A DNA stretch of 64,000 nt from a virus. Its lineage: Duplodnaviria; Caudoviricetes. The DNA lies in IMG/VR virus record IMGVR_UViG_3300031555_001542, positions 32,001 to 96,000 of that record; one strand, given 5' to 3'. Positions 20,339-30,700 of this stretch are shown here, piece by piece. The notes beneath the pieces are model-generated. The model was not told where the DNA came from and ran no database searches. It was given only the letters and a program-made list of their open reading frames with translations. The position numbers and the translations under genes were made by a program. Each line of letters opens with the position of its first letter. The first letter of the stretch is position 1.

Positions 20339-21142
20339 ATGGCTGATAAAAAATTTGATATGAATAACTTTGTTATTGATAGAATTATCCGTGGCGTTGC
20401 TCTAAGCCAGAAGGATGATTCCGTTCTATTCTCTATTAACCAGATCCAGAATGCTTCTCTAAACTGTGCTTCTGAGTCTACTGATGCTGTTGACGCAATG
20501 GGTACTCCTATTGCTACTTTCTACAGAGCTAAGTCCGCAGAATTCTCTGCAGAAAACGCTCTATTCGACATGAACCTAATGGCTACCCAGCTAGGTACTG
20601 CTAAGAAGGTTGCTGACGATAAGAATAAGATTGTCATTCCTGCTATGGAGAGCTTTACTGTTACTGAGGGCAGAAAGCATGAGCTAAAGCACACTCCTGT
20701 TAAGGCTCCTAAGGAGATGTATGCTCTAAATGATGATAGCACTTTTGGCAAGCCCTATAGCCTAGGCACTGCTGCTTCCGCTGATGAGTTCTCTATTGCT
20801 GACAGAACTGTTTCTCTACCTACCGATGCAGAGCTAGTTGTTGGTACTGAAATGTTTGTTATGTACGAGTATGAGACTGACAAGGCTGTTGAAGTTGTCA
20901 ACTCTGCAAAGAACTTCCCTGTCGGCTGCAAGTTTGTTATGGAAGTCCTAGGCTGCGACGTTTGTGACCAGACCAACCTAGTTTACGCTTATGTTATCTT
21001 CAACAACGCTAAGCTAAGCCCCGACTTCGACTGGTCCATCGCTACTGATGGTACTCACCCCTTCTCTATGAAGGCTCAGCAGGATTACTGCGACAAGGAA
21101 AAGAGACTATTCTCCATCGTCATTCCTGGCGACGCTGAGTAA
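20339..21142 (+). CDS. major tail (tube) protein
   Basis: GGAGG RBS; same extreme codon bias as the capsid gene; beta-rich; position. Confidence 0.7.
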   Translation: MADKKFDMNNFVIDRIIRGVALSQKDDSVLFSINQIQNASLNCASESTDAVDAMGTPIATFYRAKSAEFSAENALFDMNLMATQLGTAKKVADDKNKIVIPAMESFTVTEGRKHELKHTPVKAPKEMYALNDDSTFGKPYSLGTAASADEFSIADRTVSLPTDAELVVGTEMFVMYEYETDKAVEVVNSAKNFPVGCKFVMEVLGCDVCDQTNLVYAYVIFNNAKLSPDFDWSIATDGTHPFSMKAQQDYCDKEKRLFSIVIPGDAE

Positions 21143-21161
21143 TTTGTTAAAGTAATATTTA

Positions 21162-21177
21162 ACAATACAAGATTGAT
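21162..21177 (+). promoter_or_regulatory. repeated motif, copy 3 (ACAATACAAGATTGAT)
   Basis: Intergenic, 14/16 match to consensus. Confidence 0.5.
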
Positions 21178-21184
21178 GTATTAG

Positions 21185-21218
21185 GTGTTGGCTAGTGGCG
21201 TAAGTCACTAGCCAATAC
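21185..21218 (+). other. 15-bp RNA hairpin with GUAA (GNRA) tetraloop
   Basis: GTGTTGGCTAGTGGC-GTAA-GTCACTAGCCAATAC; two G-U pairs; no T tract. Confidence 0.65.
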
Positions 21219-21252
21219 TATAATTATAATGCATGAAAGGAGCGTGAGCCCT

Positions 21253-21600
21253 ATGGCCCGTAAATCTAGAGAATGCTATCTATGTGGCACAGAATACCGC
21301 TATTGTGGCACCTGCGCAAATGATAGACTAAAACCCGCTTGGATGTCCGAGTTCCATAGCGAATCCTGCAAAAACATCTTTGACATTTGCACCCGATTTA
21401 ATCTAGGCATGATGTCCAAGATCGAGGCCCAGGATGCACTAAAATCCTGCGACCTATCCAATAAGGCAAATTTCAAATCCTATGTCATCCGTGACCTAGA
21501 TGTAATCTTTGCCGAAGAACCCAAGAAGAAGACCAAGAAGGTCGAACCCGTGGCAATTGAGCCCGAATCACATGAAGTAGTTATTGAAAAAGAAAATTAA
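21253..21600 (+). CDS. Cys-rich hypothetical protein
   Basis: CYLC, CGTC, HSESC; AAAGGAG RBS (track start 21229). Confidence 0.7.
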   Translation: MARKSRECYLCGTEYRYCGTCANDRLKPAWMSEFHSESCKNIFDICTRFNLGMMSKIEAQDALKSCDLSNKANFKSYVIRDLDVIFAEEPKKKTKKVEPVAIEPESHEVVIEKEN

Positions 21601-21651
21601 TAAGGCACTATAACTTCATGCGAAACGGAGGTTTTAGTGCCTTATTTTTTT
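21601..21651 (+). terminator. intrinsic terminator-like hairpin
   Basis: TAAGGCACTA...TAGTGCCTTA plus T tract. Confidence 0.6.
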
Positions 21652-21673
21652 ATGCAAAAAGGAGGAGAAGGAA

Positions 21674-21898
21674 TTGATCAAATCTATGATCACAGGACGA
21701 GAATATGCCGAGAATAACTGTGTCTACGTAACCAATATGTTACAAGCCCAAAAATATCTCGCATACCTTGGTCCAGAGTACCTTCTAGATATTTTATATA
21801 CAGGTACATATAGAAAAGACTCCCTAGTCTTTGTCTTTCAAAAGTGTCCAGAAACACGCAAGGCAAAAGAACTATGGGATGCACACGAATTGAATTGA
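21674..21898 (+). CDS. small DUF5659-like protein
   Basis: QAQKYL...LVFVFQK pattern; AGGAGG RBS, TTG start. Confidence 0.55.
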   Translation: MIKSMITGREYAENNCVYVTNMLQAQKYLAYLGPEYLLDILYTGTYRKDSLVFVFQKCPETRKAKELWDAHELN

Positions 21899-21899
21899 G

Positions 21900-22121
21900 G
21901 TGTTATATATGGAAAACACCATACTAACTCTTATCGGAGATGTTCCAGTATCTGAACAAATTGCCGCAGCCCTTGAGCGCATGTCCCCAAAAAACCACAC
22001 TCACGACTACGCAACTCTTGATGAGGTTGAAGACTTAAAACGAAAAATAGATATGCTTATAGGTCTTGTTGGAGATACATCTGTTGCTGACCAGATTGCT
22101 ATGGCACTTAAAAATAAATAA
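21900..22121 (+). CDS. small fiber-module protein
   Basis: Two LxGDxxVxxQI motifs and HTH(D) His motif. Confidence 0.6.
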   Translation: MLYMENTILTLIGDVPVSEQIAAALERMSPKNHTHDYATLDEVEDLKRKIDMLIGLVGDTSVADQIAMALKNK

Positions 22122-22155
22122 AACATTACATTTTTTATAAAAGGATGTGATTTAA

Positions 22156-22467
22156 TTGAGCACAAAAAAGATTCAAATTATAGGCACACTTTCTAAGCCA
22201 ACTGCGAGAATTGCATACGTAGACTTACTAGCCGCAAACTGGATTGGCGATTCAAGCCCCTATTCTCATGTTGTTGAAATTGATGGTGTAACCGAAAATA
22301 GCCAAGTTGATCTCACTCCTAGTATTGAACAATTAGTTATTTTCTATGAGAAAGACCTTGGCTTTGTGACCGAAAACGAAGGTGGCATTGTAACAGTATA
22401 TGCTATCGGGCAAAAGCCTGAAAATGACTATACTATCCAAGTAACCATCACGGAGGTGGATGTATGA
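22156..22467 (+). CDS. fiber-associated beta protein
   Basis: Paralogous to the C-terminus of 41481..42446 (W-x-G-x-x-x-PYSxVV). Confidence 0.65.
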   Translation: MSTKKIQIIGTLSKPTARIAYVDLLAANWIGDSSPYSHVVEIDGVTENSQVDLTPSIEQLVIFYEKDLGFVTENEGGIVTVYAIGQKPENDYTIQVTITEVDV

Positions 22468-22700
22468 GCAGAAAAATTATTGGCGTAACTGTTGGTACTA
22501 CACTTCCAAAACCGAACTTTAAACAAACTGACCCTACTAAGGGTGACTATATTAAGAACAAGCCTGACTTTGAAGGTTTGAAATCTAAGGTAGATATTGT
22601 TAGTGGTTTGGTAGGAGACATTCCTGTTGCAACACAAATTAGTGACGCTTTAGATAAAAAAGCTCAAGTACAAATTATCACTTGGGAGGCGAATGATTAA
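22464..22700 (+). CDS. small fiber-module protein
   Basis: QTDPTKGDYIKNKP and LVGDIPVATQI motifs. Confidence 0.65.
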   Translation: MSRKIIGVTVGTTLPKPNFKQTDPTKGDYIKNKPDFEGLKSKVDIVSGLVGDIPVATQISDALDKKAQVQIITWEAND

Positions 22701-22876
22701 TGGCTTTATATTTAGGCAGCAGTGAAAAACTGCAAATTAATTTAAACGGCACTGCATGTGATTTAAAGTTATATTCTGAAACTCCTGTCGTAAATGGTGA
22801 TTTGCCAATATCATCAGACGGTTATGTATTAAGAGACTTGAGTCTATTATATTTAACGGCAAAGGATGGTGGATAA
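22700..22876 (+). CDS. small hypothetical protein (58 aa, not in ORF track)
   Basis: GGAGG RBS, TAATG coupling; MALYLGSSEKLQINLNG... Confidence 0.6.
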   Translation: MALYLGSSEKLQINLNGTACDLKLYSETPVVNGDLPISSDGYVLRDLSLLYLTAKDGG

Positions 22877-22878
22877 TT

Positions 22879-25491
22879 ATGGCAACAGAATATAAATTAC
22901 CTTATACCGCACTTGATATAAATAGAAGACTAGGAAAAATTGACGAAATAGATTCATTAAAAGATCTTGTCGGAGCAGAACCCGTACAAAAACAAATTTC
23001 TGATGCGGTTAAAAATATCGGAGAAGCTATCAAAACGGATACAACTCTTAAAGTGCGTGGCAAAGCCGCAGATGCTAAAGCTGTTGGTGATGCAATTGCA
23101 AATTCCAAAGTAGAAATTGATAAAACTCTGAAAGTTAGTGGTAAGGCTGCGGATGCAAAAGTAACTGGTGATGAAATTACCAAATTAAATAACCTTGTTG
23201 GTGATACACCCGTTGCAGATCGAATTGCTACAGCCGTTGAAGAGTTAGCAGGGAACGTTTATACTCACCCTGACACCCACCCCGCTAGTATGATAACTGG
23301 ATTATCTGGTGTCGCTACTAGTGGAGATTATAATGATTTAAGTAATTTGCCAGAACAGTATGTTCATCCTGAGAGTCATCCTGTAAGCATGATCACTGGT
23401 CTTGCTGACGTTGCCACAAGTGGCAATTACGAGGATTTAAGTAATAAACCAATTATTCCCGAAGAATATACACATCCAGAAACTCATCCTGTGGATATGA
23501 TTACAGGTTTATCTGATATTGCAGTTTCTGGCGATTACGCAGATTTAAAGAATAAACCTACTATTCCAGATGAATATGTGCACCCATCTACTCACTCTGT
23601 AGATATGATTACTGGTCTTTCTGGTGTAGCTGTGAGCGGTGACTATAATGATTTGATTAATAAGCCAGACATTTCAGGTGAATATATTCACCCAGAAAGT
23701 CACCCTGCAAGCATGATTACAGGACTTGCCAATGTTGCGGTTTCTGGTAATTATGAAGATTTGAGTAATAAACCCACTATCCCAACTCAATATATACATC
23801 CTGATAATCATCCAGCAAGTATGATTACTGGGTTGTCTGGTGTTGCGACTAGTGGTAGCTATAACGATTTGACGGATAAGCCGACAATTCCTAGTATTGA
23901 TGGTTTGGCAACAGTAGCTTATGTAGATGAAAAGTTTGCTAATGTTGGGGAAAGCGGAGGAAGTGGAACATCTACTGGTCTACCTGAGTTCACCACCGAA
24001 GACGAAGGTAAAGTCCTGAGCATCAAAGACGGTACTCCCAGCTGGGAGAGTGTTAACGCCGGCTTCGGTAGTGTAAGCGAAGTTGATCTGTTCCCAGAGC
24101 GTGTAGCGGACGATTTCCGTCCTTTAAGTTCCTATGGCGGATTGTATGGTACTGGTTATAATTTCCCCGAGAGCGGACTAACCAATGACCTTACCGACAG
24201 TTTCGAACTAGCATTGGGCGAAATTTATTATGTTGAGTGGGATGGAGTCGAATACGAGGTTACCCCAAGCGATGCTAGCGCTGTACAGTCCGGTGCTTTG
24301 TTCCTTGGTAACGGAGCTCCTATGGGTCTGCCCGGTAATGGGGAACCGTTTGCGGTTGGATGGACTCATGCACAAGGAGTAACATTCATCAGCATCGATC
24401 AGCTTGAATCTCACACCATCCGCATCTACCAGAAAGTCGAAACTACCTCCGCTATCAGCTGGAACGACCTCGCAGATAAGCCGTTTGGCGAAGAGAGAGG
24501 TCTTGTGGATCTCCTGCCCGAGACGACTTATAGCGAATTCTTTTTCGAAAACAATTATGGTGCGTACGTAGCTAACGAATCCGTTACCTATAAGCTGACT
24601 GTTGGCGAAACATATACCGTATTCTGGGACGGCCAGGAACATACCTGCATTGCACAAGACAGCAGTTCCTTAATGCCTAATACTGTGTGTATTGGTAATG
24701 CCTCAGCTTTTGGATTGGCTGGTAACAACGAACCCTTCGTAATTGCATGGGAGACAACCGATGAATACGGAGATTTCGGTATGTATATCCCGCTGGTTAA
24801 CGCTGGTGAGTCTATTCCTCATACTATTCGTATTGCTCAAGAAGCCGATATTGTTAACCGGCTCGATAACAAATATCTGGATTTCATGAACGTCTATGAA
24901 GCGAAAGATATTATGATAAATCCGAGGTTTCCATTCGATCTTGTCAGTGAAAATTACGAATCGTCGGGTAAGTCCTTATATATGGCCGAACTGATGGACA
25001 CTTCTGAGTATGGGCATTTCGATAAGCTGACTCCTGGAGCTAAGTACGAGGTAATCATAAATGATAATGTGCAAATAGTTACCGCAAGTGAGATGGTTAT
25101 CCCCGGAGTAGAAGGCGATTTCGTATTTTGCGGTAACAAGACTCTTGATAAACAAATTTTTGGAGACGACGCCGAGAATACATATGAAGATTTCTTGATT
25201 TGTGTTGTAAAGCAGGTAGTCGATGGTGCTCAGAGATGCGCCGCCGCCATATATATTACTACTACGGATACACATAGCGGAATAGGTGCTCCCGTTAGTA
25301 TTAAACAGCTAGCATGCAGTATCATCAAGAAGGAATATCTTCCTGATGATATCGGTGGAGGTAATGATTCCAATGTCGGTCCTGCTCTCCCCGAAGTCAG
25401 CACGTCCGACGCCGGTAAATTCCTGAGAGTCGGCGCCGATGGTAACTGGATTGTCGAAGCTCTACAGGACGTATCGGAGGTGGGCTTATGA
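22879..25491 (+). CDS. tail fiber protein with tandem His-containing repeats
   Basis: AADAKxxG motifs, six YxHPxxH..ITGL..VA.SG.Y.DL.NKP repeats, duplicated C-terminal beta domain. Confidence 0.75.
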   Translation: MATEYKLPYTALDINRRLGKIDEIDSLKDLVGAEPVQKQISDAVKNIGEAIKTDTTLKVRGKAADAKAVGDAIANSKVEIDKTLKVSGKAADAKVTGDEITKLNNLVGDTPVADRIATAVEELAGNVYTHPDTHPASMITGLSGVATSGDYNDLSNLPEQYVHPESHPVSMITGLADVATSGNYEDLSNKPIIPEEYTHPETHPVDMITGLSDIAVSGDYADLKNKPTIPDEYVHPSTHSVDMITGLSGVAVSGDYNDLINKPDISGEYIHPESHPASMITGLANVAVSGNYEDLSNKPTIPTQYIHPDNHPASMITGLSGVATSGSYNDLTDKPTIPSIDGLATVAYVDEKFANVGESGGSGTSTGLPEFTTEDEGKVLSIKDGTPSWESVNAGFGSVSEVDLFPERVADDFRPLSSYGGLYGTGYNFPESGLTNDLTDSFELALGEIYYVEWDGVEYEVTPSDASAVQSGALFLGNGAPMGLPGNGEPFAVGWTHAQGVTFISIDQLESHTIRIYQKVETTSAISWNDLADKPFGEERGLVDLLPETTYSEFFFENNYGAYVANESVTYKLTVGETYTVFWDGQEHTCIAQDSSSLMPNTVCIGNASAFGLAGNNEPFVIAWETTDEYGDFGMYIPLVNAGESIPHTIRIAQEADIVNRLDNKYLDFMNVYEAKDIMINPRFPFDLVSENYESSGKSLYMAELMDTSEYGHFDKLTPGAKYEVIINDNVQIVTASEMVIPGVEGDFVFCGNKTLDKQIFGDDAENTYEDFLICVVKQVVDGAQRCAAAIYITTTDTHSGIGAPVSIKQLACSIIKKEYLPDDIGGGNDSNVGPALPEVSTSDAGKFLRVGADGNWIVEALQDVSEVGL
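23260..23892 (+). repeat. six coding tandem repeats of ~108 bp
   Basis: ~36 aa unit (first unit 33 aa) visible in translation; DNA diverged at synonymous sites. Confidence 0.85.
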
Positions 25492-26654
25492 GCGAATATG
25501 TAATTATGCCCACTGCTGATTATAAAGCCGCTTGTGATGCTATCCGTAATGCATCTGGCAAGAGCGATCTTATTAAATCTGGCGAACTTGAGGGTGAGAT
25601 TAAGGCTATTGCGAATAAGATAGGCAATATTTCTGGCGGTGAGGTTGCAAAGAGCAAGGCAATCAATTTCTATGATATCTACGGAAACATTATCTATTCT
25701 TACACAAGAGCAGAAATGGCGGCACTAGAAGAACTGCCAGAAGCACCAGAAGTACCCGGCTATAATTTTGTTTCGTGGTCATGGACGTTAGAAAAATTGA
25801 AGTCTACCCCATTTGCAGATGTTGGAGCGCAGTACAAAAAGGAAGGTTCTGTGGCAACGGCGTTGCTTGTTGCTGATGTGTATGATGGGTTGACATTACC
25901 TTTATATTTCAACCCAAGTTATAAGGGAACCACATATATTGATTGGGGCGATGGTAGCGAAGTATCGTCTGTCACCACAACAAACACCGCCCACAACACA
26001 TCAACTTACTCTGCAACGCATACTTATTCTATGACGGGTATTGTCGTTATTGGAGTATGGTTTATTCCTACTGATAGAACCTGGGGCAGTCTTTATCTTG
26101 GCAAATACGGCACATCCGCTTCTTCCACAAGATTTGGAATATTTGGTGGATCATTAAACGGATACAATAGAATTCTTTTAGCTTTCACGGGTGCTTCTGC
26201 CTATCCTGGAAATGCGGCGCTTTATAAAGAGTACAGTTTGAGATATCTTTGCTGTGGTTCTTCATCTTATAGTTTTTATTCTCCGAATAGTTGTTATGCG
26301 TTGGAAACGGTAGCTTTTATGGATATTCAGCTTAAGGCTAATTGCTATAATAGTTGCTATTCAATAAAACGGTTATCTGTTGGAAATGGTGTCAATTCAG
26401 GTGTTTTACCAGGTCTTTATGGAGTACAAGAACTTTCGGTACATAGCGGTGGAATCTACAATTCTTCGCTTGCTGGAAAAAATTTGATTCTTCCCCTTAG
26501 TAGTGTTCAACCACTAGGAACAACACTTTATTTTGGAACGAATCTTGGAAGAGTCTATGTCCCTGATGATTTAGTGGATTCTTATAAGGCTGACTCCAAA
26601 TGGAGTGCCTACGCAAGCTATATCTACCCATTAAGCGAATACCCAGATTATTAA
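25488..26654 (+). CDS. putative receptor-binding protein (PKD-like domain plus BspA-type LRR cap)
   Basis: IDWGDG motif; C-terminal VYVPDDLVDSYK..W. Confidence 0.6.
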   Translation: MSEYVIMPTADYKAACDAIRNASGKSDLIKSGELEGEIKAIANKIGNISGGEVAKSKAINFYDIYGNIIYSYTRAEMAALEELPEAPEVPGYNFVSWSWTLEKLKSTPFADVGAQYKKEGSVATALLVADVYDGLTLPLYFNPSYKGTTYIDWGDGSEVSSVTTTNTAHNTSTYSATHTYSMTGIVVIGVWFIPTDRTWGSLYLGKYGTSASSTRFGIFGGSLNGYNRILLAFTGASAYPGNAALYKEYSLRYLCCGSSSYSFYSPNSCYALETVAFMDIQLKANCYNSCYSIKRLSVGNGVNSGVLPGLYGVQELSVHSGGIYNSSLAGKNLILPLSSVQPLGTTLYFGTNLGRVYVPDDLVDSYKADSKWSAYASYIYPLSEYPDY

Positions 26655-26668
26655 AGGAGGAAAATAAT

Positions 26669-26749
26669 ATGCCTTTCAGCACAACTTATGCAGACAATAT
26701 TTTCAATTGGGCCATGGGCAAACCTGTTTCCTTGAGTGGACGTTATTAA
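26669..26749 (+). pseudogene. truncated gene start (26 aa)
   Basis: AAAGGAGG RBS then MPFSTTYADNIFNWAMGKPVSLSGRY*; resembles the N-terminus of a phage tail protein. Confidence 0.4.
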
Positions 26750-26856
26750 ATAAAATATATTATTAACAAAAAATACCATCTTCCGGGATGAAGGAACAAT
26801 AAAAATTTAAGCCATAATTATGGCATATTAAAAAACAAGAAAGGAGATAAATTGTC

Positions 26857-29853
26857 TTGATTACGGAAAACTTATCGACTTTAAAAATACACCAATTGAC
26901 ACAAAAACAGTATAATAGAGAACTAGAATCTGGAACAATGGATAAAAATGCTTTGTATTTAACACCAGAAGAAGCAATTGATTTAAGTGGTTATGTTACT
27001 CTTGAACAGTTAAATGAAAAAGCAGATGCTATTCATACACACGAGATTGTTCAACCGTATGACACTGTAAGTGGTGTAGAGACTGTTACGGTCGATCATG
27101 CATCTACGACCGAACATGATTTAACCGTGGTGTTAAGTAGTGAAACGTATGCAAACTTTTCTGATATAACTGTAATTTTAACTAGTGGTGATGAAGAGCA
27201 AGTTATAGTTGCAAACACCAATGGCAATGTTATCGGATTACGTTCTAGACCAGATTTTACTTTGACTCTACGTTGTGATGCAGACGATTTTGATGCTTCC
27301 GAGATTACTATTACATGTACTTATCAGATTGACTTAGAAAAGGTCTTACAAGATTATGTGTTAAATGTAGATCTTGACGGTGATTTTGGTGAAGATAGCG
27401 AATCCTCTAACGGTAGCTCCGTTATTATAGACCCTACATTATCTATTTCTCTGGCAGCTGCCGATGCTAAAGCGGTAGGCGTTGCAATTAGTGACTTGGA
27501 CACCGAACTTAATAATAAAATTGCAGCTGAGAGAAGTAGAATTAACAGTTTTGTTTCATTGGCTAACGGAAGTACTACTGGAGACGCAGAGCTTACTGAT
27601 ATCAGAGTATCTTATGACGGCACTACTTATGATGCAGCAGGTGATGCTGTTCGTGCACTTGGCAATGAAATTACATATTTGCGTGGTAGTTTAAGAGACT
27701 ATATTGATGCGAAAGCAATTGATGGTCTATTATATGAAAATAATAAGTTATATCTAACTTACAATGGTGAAATTGTATCTGACCCAGTTGAAATTGTTGG
27801 TGGCATCGGCGGTGGGGTTGGTGGCTCCAATAATAATGCTACCATTACTTTTACCAACACATCTGGTTGGATTTATAAAACTATTGCATCTGGTTCCTCT
27901 TGCCCTGTTGATTTTGAATGGAGCAGTTTAGAGGACTATATTGCTACTGGACCAGGCGTTATAAAGGTTATTGTTAATGGTATTCAAAAACATACTGCCG
28001 CTATTCAGCAAGGTAGTCACACATTAGATGTTTCTCCATGGCTAAGTTCTGGCGACAATACAGTTAAAATTAACATATCTGACATCTATGGCAATAGCCG
28101 TACAATTTCAGTAAGTGTTACATCTGTATTATTAACTATAGCATCTACATTTGATGCAAGTATTGCGTATACTGGAGATATTAGTTTTACATATACTCCT
28201 ACTGGATCTGCAGAAAAAACTGTACACTTTGTTGTTGATGGAAAAGAAATTGGTATTGCAAAAATGACAGCCTCTGGCCGTCAACAACCATATACCATTC
28301 CTGCACAGACTCATGGAAGTCATATTTTAGAAGTGTATTTTGACGCAGTTATTGCCGGTGAAACTGTTGAAAGTAATAAACTACGTTATGATCTAATATG
28401 TTTGGAGGATGGTAAAACCACGCCAATAATTACAAGTAGTTTTAATGCTGATACTGTTGAGCAATTTGATAGTGTTGTTATTGATTACTATGTATATACT
28501 CCAAATGCTTTAACTTCACCAATTACATTAAAAGCAAATGGCGCAGAAGTGAAGCCTTTGACAGTTGATAGAACTAAACAAACATGGACTTATCGTGCGG
28601 ATAATTCTGGTGAACTTAAGCTTACTATTACATGTGGTGATGCTGTTAAGACTTTTGAACTAACAGTAAGTGAAAGTAGCATTAATGTTGAAGCAGAAAC
28701 TAGTAGTTTAGCACTACACCTATCTAGTTATGGTAGATCTAATAACGAAGATAATCCTGCTGTATGGCAGAGCGGTGATATTGCTGCAACCTTTACAGGA
28801 TTTAATTTTAATTCTGATGGTTGGTTGAAAGATGGCGATGGTATTGCAGTACTTAGAGTAACTGGCGACGCAAGACTAACTATTCCTATGCAAATTTTTG
28901 CTACTGACTTCCGTACTACTGGTAAGACGATTGAGTTAGAATTCGCAACTAGAGATGTCCTAAATTACGACTCTGTTATTTTCTCATGTTTCTCTGGAAA
29001 CCGTGGTCTGCAGATTACTGCTCAAAAAGCATTCTTGAAATCTGAGCAGTCTGAAATTAGCACTCAGTATAAAGAAGATGAACACGTTCGTTTGGCATTT
29101 GTTGTGCAGAAGCGTGCGGAGCATCGTCTATTAATGGTTTATATTAATGGTATTTTGTCTGGTGTTATGCAATATCCTGATGATGATGATTTCTCTCAGA
29201 TGGAACCCGTTGATATTTCTATCGGTAGTAGCGATTGTACTATTGACCTATATAACATTCGTGTTTATAACAACAGCCTAACTCGTTTCCAGGTTCTTGA
29301 GAACTGGATTGCTGACACTCAGATTGCCTCCCAAAAGAAGGAAAGATGGCAACATAATAATGTATTTGACGAATATGGTCAAATTGTTATTTCTCAGCTA
29401 CCAACAGATTTGCCCTATATGGTTATATCCGCTAAAACACTTCCTCAGTCCAAGGGCGATAAGAAAATTGTTAGCGGTTATTATGTTGATCCAGTAGATT
29501 CTAACAGAAGCTTTACTTTTGCTGGGGCAGAGGCGGATGTTCAAGGTACGTCTTCTGCTGGATATGCAAGAAAGAATTATAAAATTAAATTTAAGGGTGG
29601 CTTTGTACAAAATGGAACAAACACGGAAACTTACAAGTTACGTGATGATTCCGTCCCGACTTCTGTATTTACATTCAAGGCAGACGTTGCATCTTCTGAA
29701 GGTGCAAATAACGTTGAACTAGTTAGATTGTACAATGATGCTTGCCCATATAAGACTCCACCACAGAAAGAAGATGGATATGTTCGTCAAGGAATCGATG
29801 GATATCCTATGATTATTTTCCAAGATGATGGTACTGAAACTATATTTATCGGT
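26857..29853 (+). CDS. exon 1 of ~1916 aa CotH-kinase-like virion protein
   Basis: Collinear with paralog 44817..50540; LamG-like region (MVYINGILSG); QGTSSAGYARKNYKIKF. Confidence 0.8.
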
Positions 29854-29932
29854 AAATGAATCTGCCGATGTAAAACTCTCTCTAATATACGGCGAAAACC
29901 GTGCGGACGGCAACGCCTTGGAAGGATAAACA

Positions 29933-29948
29933 ACAATACAAAATTAAT
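29933..29948 (+). promoter_or_regulatory. repeated motif, copy 4 (exact), inside the intron
   Basis: 20 nt upstream of the endonuclease ATG. Confidence 0.65.
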
Positions 29949-29968
29949 TTTTAATAGGAGGTGACGAT

Positions 29969-30700
29969 ATGAAAGAACATATTAATCATTGGATTATTTA
30001 TATGTATACTTTTCCAAATGGCAAAAGATATATTGGAAAAACTAAACGCACATTAAGTAGAAGACAAGGGTGTGATTTTACTGGATATGAAAATTGTACA
30101 GTTTTATGGAAAGCAATACAAAAATATGGTATCGAAAATATTCAGCAAGAAATCTTGTTTGAGAACGATATGACAGATGAGTATGCATCAAGACTTGAAC
30201 AAATTTGTATTTTACTTTTTAAAGCAAATTGCAATAAATTTTCAAATCCTAAGTTTGGATATAACCTAACAGATGGCGGAGATGGTGTATTAGGGTGGCA
30301 CCCAGACGAAGAGAGGCTTGAGGTTTTGCGCCTACAGATGTATGAGTTTGCAGAGAAACGAAGAGGAACACATCCTTCGGAAGAAACTAGAAAAAAGCAG
30401 AGTAAAGCCAAACAAGGTAAAAAACGAGGTCCAATGTCCGAGTCTACCAAACAGAAAATTAGTATTGCAAATAGTCGTGAAAACATGAGCGAGGAAACTC
30501 ATGTTCGACGTAGTAATTCAAAGAAAAAGAAAGTTATCGCCACGCATAAAACAACTAAAGAAGAAATAATTTTTAACAGTTGTGAGGAAGTGGCAGAATA
30601 TTTTCATGTTGGCTTCTCAACCGTTAGTAGATGGTGTAAGAAGTTGCGTAAACCGTCTGTTGATTATGATTTTGATTATTTATCCACCAACAACGACTGA
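29969..30700 (+). CDS. GIY-YIG homing endonuclease with NUMOD3-like motifs
   Basis: IIYMYTFPNGKRYIGKT, GYNLTDGG, SEETRKKQS repeats; AGGAGGTG RBS; stop overlaps intron P7. Confidence 0.9.
   Translation: MKEHINHWIIYMYTFPNGKRYIGKTKRTLSRRQGCDFTGYENCTVLWKAIQKYGIENIQQEILFENDMTDEYASRLEQICILLFKANCNKFSNPKFGYNLTDGGDGVLGWHPDEERLEVLRLQMYEFAEKRRGTHPSEETRKKQSKAKQGKKRGPMSESTKQKISIANSRENMSEETHVRRSNSKKKKVIATHKTTKEEIIFNSCEEVAEYFHVGFSTVSRWCKKLRKPSVDYDFDYLSTNND

Noticed and set aside
23260-23892. CRISPR-like periodic repeat
   Set aside because: In-frame coding repeats diverged at synonymous sites; no identical repeats with unique spacers; no cas genes
26811-26824. Perfect palindrome GCCATAATTATGGC as an operator
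   Set aside because: Single copy, AT-rich core, no cognate regulator evident
29854-29859. Stop-codon recoding or frameshift to explain the split CotH-like gene
   Set aside because: The group I intron explains the split; other genes read normally in the standard code
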